Assembly (NCBI GenBank): GCA_028023455.1
Contig: JAQFVV010000005.1
Location: 22,940,001-23,004,000 of the forward strand
Source of the DNA: Epiperipatus broadwayi
Lineage: Eukaryota > Animalia > Onychophora
Reading direction: 5' to 3'
DNA: 64,000 bases
This document shows positions 1 to 13,190 of this stretch, one piece after another (positions within the stretch are counted from its first letter, which is position 1; each line of letters begins with the position of its first letter). The notes under the pieces are model-generated. The model was given only the letters and a program-made list of their open reading frames with translations. It made no database searches and was not told the origin of the DNA. Made by a program: the position numbers and the translations under genes.

Positions 1-110
1 AGGTCAGTCGAAACGTAGGTGTATGTACAAATAAAGTTTGCTAAAAGTGTTTGAAGTTTGGATAAATTATATTTATATGATATTACGGCAAACATAAAGA
101 AAAGTGTGAT
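1..110 (+). mobile_element. Probable Penelope-type pseudo-LTR fragment cut by the window edge, carrying the 3' half of a minimal hammerhead motif
   Basis: Window opens with aggtcagtcGAAACGTAgg (GAAA + palindromic ACGT + possible GUA triplet), followed by AATAAA. The CUGANGA half would lie upstream of base 1 and cannot be seen. Confidence 0.4.
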
Positions 111-3100
111 TTTGGTAAAATTCTATCTTGTTGAAGTCAATCTTATTCAACTTATTTTTTTTTAAACATGTACATTTTACCACAAATAAACACATCTCTT
201 ACAAATATCTGATTGTATATTACTAATGAGTAAATTTCTTTTGAGTTTCATTTCACTTTCTATAATTATAAACAAATTAAGTTTTATCTGTTTATTTCAT
301 TTACATCTTGGATAATCTATTTCTTTCAAACACTATATTATGAAGTTTAGTCTTTGGGCTAAGTACTTTTTCGTGACGGAATATCTTCTAAACATTGATA
401 CTGATTTGATATCATAGTTAAGAACGACTAGATCCTCATTAATCATTATAGAACAATTACGATTGTTTATTGTTAACTGCCTAAAACGAATTTAGTTGTA
501 GTCTGGATTTAAATTGCAGGTCTTGGTTGAACAAAACATAACTTTCATACTATGAGACATTTATAAGTACTTTAACATTTCTTGATCTTGCTCAAGAGGT
601 CAAACATCGTTTGATTCTATCCTCATTTGGGGGCTGACTCAGAAACTTTTTGATTCCGAATGCTTCTCTCTTACTATTAGTTTAAACTCACCAGAACAAA
701 CAAAAACAACAACAACAAAAAAATCAACAATTTGATTTTGTGAGTACTTTTGTTTTTTAATTTGTGATGCCTTCCATGCAAAAATTATTAACCATACTTA
801 TTCTTAATAATGATTCTGTTCCAGTACTTGTCTAACAAACGATTATCCACAACATTGATTCAGCAAACATTTTGATTATATTATCTATCTGGTAATGATA
901 TTTCTTTTTGCTATCCAGTTGCAAATCACATGGCTCTGTTTAAATATATATTTTAGTGACTAATATTATGTTCAAGCAATTTTCACCCATTAACTTAGGA
1001 TGGCATGTGACAACAAAAAAAATCATATCGCTTTCTCTGCTTATATTCGAACATATATATATATTTAGAAGCAGATATTTAATTTGTTAACTCTATTCCA
1101 GAATCATCCATTGTACACTTGAATATTTAATGGACATTATATGATGGTGCTATAGTCCGCACTCTCAGAGATTAGTTTTGGTTTCTAGTATCAGATTTCC
1201 ATAAATATGGTATTTTTAGATTTTGGATTATTTGCAAAGTGTAAAGTCCAAACTTTGATGAAAACTATCAACCAAAAAGTAGTTTTGGAAATGGGGATAG
1301 GTGGAGTGGATTAAAACATCACCTAGTGTCCATTGATTGTTTGACTTACTATGGATGATTATGGAATAGATAAACAGAATGAGTATATGCTTTTAAACAT
1401 ACTTTTGGGAGGTAAGGAAGAAGTAGGCTTTTGTTTTTAATAATTATTAGCTAGAAGATAAAACAAAGATTGACCAATGCACAGTTGGCAAGCCTATTCA
1501 CTAATTCCTTTAGTATCATTCCATGTGGAACTATTGGAGAAAAGGCAAAACAGCTTTTAAATAGCCCACTGAAGGACAAAGGCTCCTCCAATTCCTGATA
1601 GTATAACAAAGAAGGCATTACTAACCAGATTCTGGAAAATGTATTTCTCACTCATTATTTTACCAAATAGCTAAGAATTGTTAAAAACTCATTTACTGAC
1701 CAATACTATTGTGGATTAGCCATGGGTCTGCTTTCACAAGGAACATTATATTTCAGCCAAGAGTCTGTTCTTTTTATAAAGATGATTTTTGGCAATTGTC
1801 ATATTTTTTTAAAAAAATTTGTAATAGTTGCAGTTTTTTAGGGATTTTTTTTTTTTAATTGAATGTATATTCTTGGGAAGAGCAGTTGACTGAATGGAAG
1901 AGTAGTCCTAGTTTACTTCCCAACTAAGATTAAACTTTTTTATAACAATAACTATTTCGTTAATGCTAGCATTACTCTGATCTTTACAAGACAGCTGTTA
2001 CAGCCATAGTTAATTACCGAAGAATAGGAAAGATCAGCAATGCACTTTTCAATTAATAAGATTTAGGATCATGAATGATTTAATGGTCCATTTATTGTGA
2101 TACACAGAGTGAAACAATCTGCTACCTTACATAGTTTTGTAGAGATGCTTCTGATGAATAAAATAGGAAAATAAATATGTGCATGTGAAAATTTATTTAA
2201 GTATGCTCAGAAAAACTTATTGAGAGCCAGATTAACTGATTATCTTTTGTGGTTAAATGCAATGATTGAATCTAGCTAAGAGTTCCTGGATCAATTCTCA
2301 GTTGGTAAAATAAAAAATAGAAATTAGTTTAGTCAATTAATAAAAATATTATAATTAATTTATCATTTGGAATTTTTAATATCACATGAGCTCCTAAGCG
2401 ACTAACTATATGATTATTATATATTGAATGAATAGTATTACTTTCTTGGACAGAAAATACTTGTATAAATGTTTTTAAAAAAAGAGTTCGATAAATATGA
2501 ATGGTAAAGATATTATCTATTCTCATTTAATATTTATGTAGAACCTTGCTTTTTCTTTAGTGTCATCTATTGCCAGCTTGAGATATCAGTGACTATCAGA
2601 TGATTAGTGCATATTTAATCCTCATTCCTAGACCAGTTTCTAGCTTTTGCCTTTATTAAGGAAAACTAAAGCTAAAACCAATGCAATTATGCATGTGGCA
2701 ACCATCTTATGCTTTTTTTGAATTTCAAGCTAAAGTTTGATTGTAAAAAAAAAAAAGAAGTTGAAGTTTGCAGCCAGATGCAAAGCTGTTGGATCTAATA
2801 CCGTACTCCTAGCTCACATTTATCAAGTCAAAAGCCAGAAATTAGTCTTGGTATGATTTAATTGCATTTCCATCTGGTAGACACAAGTTTGCAATAGATG
2901 GGGCTAGAGTAGGTATTTGCATTAATGTGGTAAGCTTTGAGAATTAATTATTATAGTGTTATTTATCTAGGTGAGTATTTGCTGTTGTAATATATTAAAA
3001 GGGCAGAATTAGTATCAGGAAAAGAAAGTAATTTATATCAGATATGTGAATATTTTCAAGTAATATGGACGTAGATCTAAACAGTCCTCTTTACTGTGGT

Positions 3101-3249
3101 GAGTTGGAAATAAATACACAGAAAAAAAAAGCAAGTGTGCATGTTAATGTGTATAATTGTTAAGCTAAAAAGTTGTAACAAAATTTAAATTTTTTGATTA
3201 ATTAATGTGAGAATTGCAATAGTTTTAAGGATTTTTATTAAGAGTGGAA

Positions 3250-3640
3250 GATTATTTTGTAGCTGTTGAAATTTTAAGAATGTTCTAGATGGTTTTATGT
3301 GGATCAGAGCATTTGGACGATTAGGAAAAAGGTCAGAGGCTTTAAGGATATAAATTTAGAGAAATACAGGAATAAATTAGATGAATAAGATTAAAAATAT
3401 AGAAGAATTGAAAAAAAAAATGAATGAAAATTTATTAAGAAAATTAAAATAAATAAATTTAGAGCTAAAGGAAATAAGACGGTATGTTAGAAGATATTGT
3501 AGAAGATGAGAGAAAGAGAAAATAATAGAGAAAGCAAGAAGAATAACAAAAAGTAGGATGATCTTAAGGAGGAGAGAATAATAGACAAAAAAAAGTTAAT
3601 CTTAAAGAAGAAAGCTTAGCCACGAGTTAGAATAAAGAGT
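3250..3640 (+). mobile_element. Highly degraded RTE-type LINE 3' fragment
   Basis: Purine-rich strand asymmetry; ttttatgtggatcagagcatttggacg resembles the LYGSETWT motif seen intact at ~43780; many stops. Confidence 0.4.
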
Positions 3641-6600
3641 AGGATTGCTATGTGAATTACAACATCTCTGCAGAGTATTTTTGCGTGGGAGAAAACTACT
3701 AGAAATTTATCTCGAATATTAATTATGTTGAAAATTTTATGATTAAGTAGAATTGTTATTCACGAATGCTAAGTGTCGACGTCGACTTGCTTTTCCCTAA
3801 TAATAATCTTCGCTATTGCTCTCTATATAAACCTTACTGACTGCAATCGAAGCTCTAATTTCGTTTGATTAAAATGTACATTTTGAAAAAGCTAATAATT
3901 CAAAAGCTTTTCATTCATTAAAGATTTTCAGTAGCTGCTTGAAAGAACTTAACATGAAATAGTCTTCAGAATCAAAGTAATTTGAGTTTTCCATAATGAC
4001 GCTCATCCTGGTTGTCATGACAACTACTGAAGTCAAATCTTTTTTCTTCTGTAAAGCCGCTTGAAAATATTTTCTAAAGTAAAATCCATTTGAACTTTAA
4101 AAAAAAAAAATGTGTACATGATTCTGAGTTATAAATATCCCAGAGAACGAAAATATTTTCATTTTATACTATGATATATAACATACTGTTCAATATTTGT
4201 TTAAATATTTAATTGAAAACCATAAAACTGGTAGCTGTTTTTTTTTTTATTGTTTAATTTAATATCGGTTTGATGATTCTTGTGAATTAATAAAGTTGTT
4301 TTCCAGCAGTTCATTCATACAGAGGAAGCAGGAAGAAGGTCTCTCTATCTCCACGAGTATTTTTTATTGCTTAAGTACGATGTCAGAAACTCTTCTGAAT
4401 TAATAAATCTGTTCCTGCAGGTCACTTATATGAGAACTAGATAGGATAGACTGGACAGTTTCTTCTGATGATGGTGATTAAATGTGCTTGAGAAACTTTT
4501 AGATCTAGAGTCTATTATACAATCCTTACACTAAAACCACAGATCATTGCTTAGACATGGTGATTTTGTAAAGTCTATAAATTTGTCTTGCAAAATTAAT
4601 TTAAAAAGTATGACTTATAGAAGTCTTAAAATCTGTTTTCTGGATGATGATTTGACATACTTGCTTCAACATAACATTACTTTACTCGATATTTACAACA
4701 ATCCACATTGCAATATATATATATTGAAGGTATCATGGAGATGAAAGTATGTTTATCCATCTAGCATCTCCTTGACTTGAAACTTAATCTCTGTTTAATT
4801 TGAAATTTTTTTACAAAATTTTTAATAAAGCTTAGCTAATTTAGTTAAATATCTAAACATTGTTCAATAAATTGGTATTTATCTTTTATTAGTAAAAAAG
4901 TAAATCAATGAAAGGTGAACATAAAAAGCCTCACTTCCAGCAATTGACTAGTTTGGAAATTTGTTCTTTAATATTTACTATGGAGAGCGACATTGGACTC
5001 TTTAAAAAAAAAATTTCTTACCATATACTAAGAATGATTTTAGTAGATTTAGATAATTTCACAATTGTGTGTAGTAAAAATTAATGCCAACAAAGTATTA
5101 ACAGTTTAAAGATATTAATGGCAATGGCCTCTTCCCTTTGATCCAGAACTGACTGATTTCATTTAAAGTTCCATATGGGAACAACACAGCAATCATTTAG
5201 GAGCATGTTCAGAATGAGCTGGAAGAACTGCATCATAGTAGTATCAGGTGATACAGTGGCAATACTTGAAAATCTGTTTTGTCTCTAGTTTTCTGCGAAT
5301 ATTTTTACATACATGATATTTAAAGTATCTCTAAATCTCTTAAATAGTTTTAGATCTCCTTTATGATAATGTCAGACATGTTAATAATCCCACCTCTTTC
5401 CAAAATTCTAATTTAAGAGTTAGGGATGGAACTTGTACATAGGACATGCATACGCTTATTCTGTGATCGATATGCTTATGCTAATTTAATTTTAAAGGTA
5501 TTTTGGAGCATCTGTTAGACATTGGTTAGATTTTGTCTGTCTTTAAAGAAAAGCATTATTGACTTCTCTAGCATAAATTTAATTTATATTTAATGGTGAT
5601 AATTTTACTCTTCTCATTCTGTGAGTAATCAGGACACCAGATAGCAACACTTGTAATTACTTTCTATCTCATTGGCTTTTTTTCAAATAATACTATTTTT
5701 ATGATATACTCATCTTAAGATATTCTTTTCATTGTGCTATAAAAACAGCTTGAAATTTCCAAGCATCTTAGTTTGAACCCAAACCAATTTTCTCGCCTAG
5801 TTGTATAAATCTGATGTTAAATCAGCAGCTGTATATTTTATTAACCTCAAGCACAATTTTTAAAAAAAAAAAAAATTAAGAGACACATTTAATTTATTAC
5901 CAAAACATGTACTGATATTATACTTAGGTTGATAGACACTTCATCTTAATCAAAACTATCTGCTGTAAACCTAAAATATGTATAAACTGACCTAGTGTCA
6001 GGTCCATATAATTATGCAAGGTAATTAGTTTGCATTCAGAACATAAGTTTTTTAAATTTCTTTACTTTTTTACATTTAAATAGCATAAAAAGTAGCTTCC
6101 AATTGCATAATTTAAGTGCATTAATTTTATCTTTGAAATCAGATGATGTGGATATTGTAAAGTAAACGCTTGTTATTGTTGATAGTATTTTAATAATTAA
6201 AAATAATACAGTAATCAGAAAATTAATAAATTATCTTTTTTTCTTTCTTTCCATATCTATTAACTATTGTGATTTCTGACCATTTCTTAGGCAATCATGT
6301 TGGTGTTAGAGATGTAGGTCAGCCCTATAATAATTGGTCAATCCTCATGTATGAACACAGCAGTATAATCAGTATCTCTACTCTTGTTTATGTAAACCAT
6401 CTAGGGAATCGTTATTCATGCTTGAGAACTTTTATATTTTAATAAAACCCATAGTAATTGAGTTCCTAGTCCCTTTCCAATAGTATTTGCTATGGCAGCA
6501 TAATTTCATTCATTCTAAAGCATTGTATTAAAATTTAAAATTAGAAAAACATAATATGATTCCAGATTACACAATGTTTTTCAAGAGCAACTCATTATTA

Positions 6601-6849
6601 TTCTTCTGCCATCTATTGTAAGTTTGATCAATTAATATATGCTAGATGGCAGTGCATAACAAATAAGCTGTGTTTAAGGCAATGTTTTAAGCAACAAATA
6701 AATGAATACTTTAGAAGAAAAAATTCTTGAAACATTAAAGCAAACATTTTCTTTTAATGTTTATGATTTTCAACATAGTTTATAGGTGTAGTTTATGATT
6801 GCTGATTGTTCATCAGCAGTATGATTGTTCATCTGATTTGTTTCCAAGT

Positions 6850-7200
6850 GTAATATTTCTTCAGGTTTAATTCATTTTTTCTGATTCGTAACTTTCCTTT
6901 TTTGCATCACTCCAGCAAATCTATCTCATCTATATATCTAATACATATTCTTTTTCTAATTCTTACAATTTCTTGCAATTCATTTTAAAACTACAATTCC
7001 TTCATTTATTATTATCTCTTCTAGTGACATCTCCAATCCAACTTGATTTCAGTCTCTAAACTCTTTCTGGGATCCTCAATCATACCTTTTTTTTCTTTTT
7101 AAATCATGCATTTTGGTTTTCACCCTTTCTTGTTATTCCCAACATAAAATCTATATTTTGATTTAGTAATGCTTTACCAGTCTCAATCTCTAGACACGCA
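6850..7200 (-). mobile_element. RTE LINE 3' fragment
   Basis: Reverse complement aligns by eye to 43860-44100 of the RTE copy (ttgggaataacaag..., gatgtcactagaagagataataata vs catattgctagaagagatgataatag). Confidence 0.7.
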
Positions 7201-7977
7201 CTCACAAATATTAATTCTCCTAAATATATATGATGGTCAAAACTGAAGAAATTCAAGAAATAGTACTCTATGAGTTATTACAGTTTTCTAATTTGCTAGA
7301 TATAGAAGCAGATTGTGCAAAATATGGACTTTGAATATAGTTTGAAGCAGACTATATTGCCCATTAATTCACAGAAAAAACTGGAATATAGTTTGTTAAT
7401 GAAAGATGTTAACTTCGTTTATCTACTGCAGATTACTCGGTTTAAATTCACAAAAATGCTTTTATATAGGTGATTCAAGCTATTCTAATTTTAAATTAAA
7501 TATTAAATAATTAAATTTGTTAAAACTGAGTAAAAGAAACCGTTTATTTCTCAACCTTATAATAATTAAAAATAGTGTACAAGAGCCCCCCAAAATATGG
7601 TTTGTTGCTAACATTTTTTATCAGACAATTTTTTAACAATATTATTAAATTTTCATTTCAACAAAAATTTTATTAACAATAAATAGTGATTACATACTAA
7701 TAAAGGATAGATAAATGAATAAATTGTACAATAATATGATTGTATAATGTTCTATTGTCATCTGGCTAGATTTTGTTATGAGAGTACAATTGTTATACTC
7801 TTATGTGGTTAGGTATAGTGAGATTCTAAGAACTTGTTTAATGGATTAAGCATTTTTTTTATATAAACATGAATATTTTCTTTTAGAATTTCCTATTCTA
7901 TAATGCTGAGTAGGTGGGAGTTGATAATCAGGAAAAGGAAAGAGCAGTTAAAGACCAGGTGTCATCAAAGACTTTAC

Positions 7978-8023
7978 TGGAGGCCAGGAGCTGGTCACAT
8001 TGGAGGCCAGGAGCTGGTCACAT
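7978..8023. repeat. Perfect 23-bp tandem duplication
   Basis: tggaggccaggagctggtcacat at 7978-8000 and 8001-8023. Confidence 0.95.
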
Positions 8024-10947
8024 TTCTTGATTTTTTTTGAGCGTTTGATAAAACAATAGTATGATTTGTGGTGAGGGTAATTTCATGAGAGTTTTGCATC
8101 TCACTATCCATATGGAATAAAGGACAAAGGTAGAAAGCCTTATTATTGAAAAAAACCCATTATGAATGGCATTTTCAAGTGAGAAAATCATATCAGGTCT
8201 TATGTTGGAATTGATTATAATTATATCTTTCAGTGTTTTAAGTCTTGGGCACCGGTGTATTATTAAATTTTTAAAGCAGATTGGAAGAAATTTAGCTATT
8301 TTTAAACCTATATATATTAGTAATAGAATATTAAGAAACAAAAAGATCAAGAACAATGCAAGACAAATAAAAATGATAAGGAAAATATAGACTCTCTTTA
8401 AGATTGTTAGATTATGGAAATGATCTCAGTGCAGATTTCAATATAAGATAAGAAGTAAAATCTGTATATAAAATAGAGTATATCTATAACACCTCAGGTT
8501 TAGCAATAGATTAATTATTACAAAAATATAGTCAAAAAAATGACAAAAATATGTAAAACAAAATATGAAGAATATTAGAAATTAGGTTCAAACAACAATA
8601 AATATATGTGGGAAAAAGAAAAAAAAATGAATAAAAATTAATTTGAGATACCACATATTTGACAAAACATAATAAGTTTATAAACATAAATACTTTAAAT
8701 GATTAAATTTCAAGGTTAAAATTAGTCCCTAATGTTGCCTTCTATATATAAAATTAAAAATAATCAATTTAAAACAAAATTGAAATAGACAACTCACTAT
8801 AAATAAAAATATTATTTAATACATCAATCCAACTTTCATTCCTTAATGGAATCTTTTCAAGATTGTGTGAATAAAAGCTGGATTGATGTATTAATTAATA
8901 TTTTTATTTATAGTGAGTTGTCTATTTCAATTTTGTTTTAAATTGATTATTTTTAATTTTATAAATATATAAAAATACCAGGATATATAATAAAAGATAA
9001 CACAAAAATGATAAATTATATAAATATTGCAGTGGAAAACAAAAAATAAGGAAAACAGCTATGTCTTAAAGGTATCTAATACTAATCAGGCAGTAATAAA
9101 ATAAAGGACATGCAGAGAAATTATTCAACAATAGGAATGATAATGTAAAAGGATTAATAATGTGATAGTCCATAAATTCAAATAAGCTATAATTTATCCT
9201 TAAGTGAAAACAAATATTCACATAAGGATTCAAACCATTTTACATATGTGTCTTCAAAATTGAAGTCTCTTGTATATACATATGTATATTTAGCAAATAT
9301 GTATAATCCTTTTAGAAATAAATATTGTTTAGAAATTTACATGTCTTTAACATCTGTTAAAATCTCATTTGGGTGCTTTTTAGGCATACACAATTCAAAA
9401 TAGTAGCGCCTCATATTGCTTACATAGAGTATACACGGCCTTAGTCAGGAAACAGTCCCTCATAGACACTAAAACAATATTGGTTGGAAAAGCATTAAGA
9501 TTGGGTTTAATCAAATATAAAATTTTCCCATAACAATGTTTGAACTTATTAATAATGAGATGATTACTGAGGCTGAATATTGGGTTAGGAGCATATTCTG
9601 AGTTAAGGGTGTGTGTGTGGAGGAGAGAGATAAATCAATGAGTGGGTTTTTCAAAAGTTAATTTTACTCTCAAATAAAGATTGGGGTTTATTTTAATGGG
9701 GAATTTACTATGTATTTGAAGTACTGGCACCATGGAAGTAATTGAGCTGATCAGTGAAATGATTCTGTTATTATTTCTGGTGAGCAGTTTTAGAATGCAT
9801 ATAATATATTTACTAACCTTTGCAACTGGCAAATAAAAGTAAGGTATGAAGACAAGCCATTTAATTTCGCATTCCATTTTGCTGATTGAGAGCATTTCCT
9901 ATTTAGAGTGTAGTCGCAATTTGAGATAAAATTAAGCTGTTGACCAGTGAAGTTAACGTTTTTGGTAAAAGTGTTGTTTTTTTCAAAAGAAGTTAGGAGT
10001 TGCTTTTTAATATTAATTCTAATGAGATCAGAGAATAGGGAACAATGAATCCCAAGAATTTTGATGGGGAGCCTACATATAGATGTTTTACCATGTTTAT
10101 AGTTAATTTCGTATATTTTTATATATTTAGATTGTATAAAATAAAAAGATTTTTTTTAAAAATTCTAATATATTATTAAAGGGTTGGATCAAATGAGTAG
10201 TATTTCTCCAAAATATCCTATCATCTAGTTGGTAGGCATTTTTGTTATTGTAATGAAGAATTCCATTCCCCTTTGCTTGTCTTTCTCTTTATTTTTTTGC
10301 CCCCACCAATCTTTCCAAGCATTATACCCTTTTCTAATAAATTAGATTAAAATAAGACTATCAACCTAACTGTATGTCAAATGATAATCATACCTAAAAA
10401 TATCTGTTTTCTGGCTGTCAATGAAATTTTCAAGTCACACATCTGAGTTCAAAAATATCAGTATTGGTCTTCTCTTGTTCTTTTAATATCCAACTCTTAT
10501 ATCTATACTCACAAGAAATACCATAGCTTGAACAATCCCCCACCCCCATTTTCAATTTATTATAAAATATATATATATTGTACATATGTATTTGAATAAG
10601 TAACTGGTCTCCTCTCCTTTTCAAAAAAATGTTATTGATTAAAAAAATTTAATTAAATATCTTTTCGATCAACAGATTGCTTATTTCTAACTTAAAATAG
10701 TACTAGTTATACATGTAAACAAAAGAGTATACTTATACCATTAATGATCATTAGCACCAGCCACTGGCAAATGAGTACCATCATTTAAAAAATGGATAGA
10801 AAGATGATTTTTGCAATTGTATCTCAGTGAAAAAGTGATTGGTTCTTTCCAAGCTGCCTGAAATTCCATCTCTGAATCAACATCTGTGTTATGTAGTACC
10901 ATAATTTAGATATTCACACACACAAAAAAATTTTTAAGTCTCTAGTG

Positions 10948-11070
10948 CAGGGGTAGGAAACCTTTTTTCTGCCAAGGGTCATTTGGGTATTTATAACATT
11001 ATTTGCAGACAATACAAAATTATTGACTTTAAAGTTAGCTTGCTATATTTGATCAAAAATTTAATTAATT
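10948..11070 (+). mobile_element. One end of a hAT (Charlie-group) DNA transposon or MITE
   Basis: Starts caggggtaggaaaccttttttctgccaagggtcatttgg (CAGGGG..AACC-type hAT terminus) right after ctctagtg, close to the NTCTAGAN target preference of Charlie elements. The other end was not found. Confidence 0.6.
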
Positions 11071-11608
11071 AAGGATAGGCAGTCTTTTCAACTGACAGGC
11101 CAATTTCAAGTTTCCCTTTTTAAACAAGAACTATATATTTTTTATGTCCATATTTTTTTTATGAATTAAAAATAAAGTAATATCATTATTATTAATAGCT
11201 TTTTTCACATTTAATGGCAGTTTTTCCAGTTTGCCTTTAACTATTCTTCAGATATATTTATATTTTTGAATTTCTTTTTGTTCTTGATAAATAAATTTAG
11301 AGCAACTAGAATGCAGTTTTTTATAGACTCCCCTTCAGAAAATGGTTTCAAATTTTCTAACTTGTTTATACTTTTTATGAAACATGTCAGCCACTTGATG
11401 AAACTTTTTTCCTAGTTTTCTATTTAAATATTTCATTTCCCCCCAACAATTTTGTTGTAATCAGAATGTTTATATAAATAATACCTCTTAATATTGTATT
11501 CTTTATTAAATAAAATATTTTCCAGATATATCAGACATATTAAATTACCATTTCTTACTATAAAAAATGTCACATGATCACCTTTTCTTATACTTGCTCA
11601 AACTGTTA

Positions 11609-12179
11609 AAACAGGCAAAAAATCTTACAGTAGTGCCACTCAGTGCAAGCCAGAGTAATCAATGGATGCAAAAAGGTTTGTGCATAAAATCCCTATCTAG
11701 TGCCTACTCATCCAATATCCCCAGATTAGTTTCTAGCTTGTGGCTTTCATCAGTGAGGAGCCTTGGATCTGATAGCACTGCAACTAGATCTTAGGATCTA
11801 ATGCAACCTTCCAGTAGCCACATTTTATCTCTACTTAACTACAAAACCATGAGTCTAAAATTGAAAACAATAATATTTTCAATCCAAGTTCATTAGCTTA
11901 TGTAGTCATATTCAGTACCCTTACATTTTGATGTCTTTGGTTTTTAATAACTATAGCCACCACTATCCTACTAGGCTGGAGGGTTGCATTAGAGCCTAAG
12001 ATCTAGGTACAGTGCTCTCAGATCCAAGGCTCCTTACCGATGAAAATCACAAGCTAGAAACTAGTCTGGAGATATTGGATGAGTAGGTACTAGATAGGGA
12101 TTTTATGCACAAACCTTGCATCCATTGATTACTCTGGCTTGCACTGAGTGACCCTACTGTAAGGACAGTTTTGCCTGTT
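11609..12179. mobile_element. Foldback/MITE-like element with ~205-bp inverted arms and a ~160-bp spacer
   Basis: 11609-11814 is the imperfect reverse complement of 11976-12179 (the ORF track gives near-identical peptides on opposite strands). ctgttaaaa occurs at 11603-11611 and 12175-12183, a possible 9-bp TSD overlapping the arm ends. Confidence 0.75.
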
Positions 12180-12332
12180 AAAAATATGTGTTGCCCACTT
12201 CTTTTGAAATGCACAATTTTCTGTGTCAATTTTTTTAATGTTATTCAGTACATCATCTCATTAAAAAAATTAAATGCAAAATAATAATAAAATGAAGTAA
12301 AATTCAAGTTTTATGTTTGCTAATATATCTTT

Positions 12333-12430
12333 TTTTTTTTTAAAGTGTCATAGCATCAGCCGGGATGCGAACCCGCAACCCGGGCAACTGCAAAGCAGTC
12401 GCACTGACCTCGCGACCGCCAATGTAAGAC
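12333..12430 (-). mobile_element. tRNA-derived short SINE, family A
   Basis: Minus strand cattggcggtcgcgaggtcag...gggttcgcatcccggctgatgctatgacac + poly(A); 15-bp TSD tgctaatatatcttt at 12318-12332 and 12431-12445. Confidence 0.9.
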
Positions 12431-12799
12431 TGCTAATATATCTTTGTCTGCAAAAATCACTATAAAAACAAACAAAATGCTCTCAGCATAATAGATTAAA
12501 TCTGTAGTCATATAGACCATACGATATAAGTTCTGCTAGAATGAACTAGAACCATTATAAAGATTGGAGAGAAAAAAAATGTAGTTGCGAAAATAAATAT
12601 TTTATTTTACTTAAGTTTTAATTCAATATTAGTATTATGCATGTGTTTAAATACAAGTTTTATATAGAATCATTTTATATACATTTTTGAAACTAATTAA
12701 TAGGCTGTATTAATAGATTTAATGGCTAGGGTTGGCCATTGAACATGAAGTTCTTACCTCTGCTCTAGTGTATCTAGATCACAAATTATGACATAACAT

Positions 12800-13104
12800 G
12801 ATTGTTTCATTGATTGTTTTCAATCCTCTCCCTCGGTCATAAATCTTCCAAAGCATTTGAAAATATTGTCATACTCAGTTTTGAATCATATCAAATATTT
12901 CATTTAGCAGCTTTACCCAATTTAAAGCAAAATTTAATGTTAACACTTTGATCCATCATGGGTTATTATGACAGTTCATTTCGTAACATTTTGTAATACT
13001 GTTTTTTAATTTATTCCGTAATGAATAAAATTTTAAGAGAGTTCGACGTTTTTTTTAATTGCAGCTCTCCAGAATGAAAGCAATCAATTTTGCATTTCTT
13101 TAGA
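12800..13104 (-). mobile_element. Degraded mariner transposon 5' part
   Basis: Minus strand encodes MDQSVNIKFCFKLGKAA, matching the EQRxNIKFCxKLGK N-terminus of mariner transposases; gtagggcatctcaaaga near 13104 resembles a mariner TIR. Confidence 0.55.
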
Positions 13105-13106
13105 AT

Positions 13107-13190
13107 GTCTTTGAGATGCCCTACATGGTTTAGTGCAGTGGTAGATTGTTAGATTGGGTAGGGTAAGAGCCTCGGATCAAATCCTATTCT
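13107..13190 (+). mobile_element. Possible old tRNA-derived SINE head
   Basis: A-box-like tagtgcagtgg and B-box-like ggatcaaatcc about 30 nt apart; no TSD or second copy seen. Confidence 0.3.

Noticed and set aside
1451-1651. ORF with VPHGMILKEL resembling an RT motif, or a plus-strand exon
   Set aside because: Similarity is limited to a few residues with no supporting motifs nearby, and the plus frame ends in a stop without a good donor.
8018-8390. Overlapping 112-aa and 74-aa ORFs
   Set aside because: Low-complexity Ile/Leu/Phe/Lys composition typical of chance ORFs in AT-rich DNA; no motifs. The same applies to most other short ORFs in the track, many of which are antisense to TE remnants.
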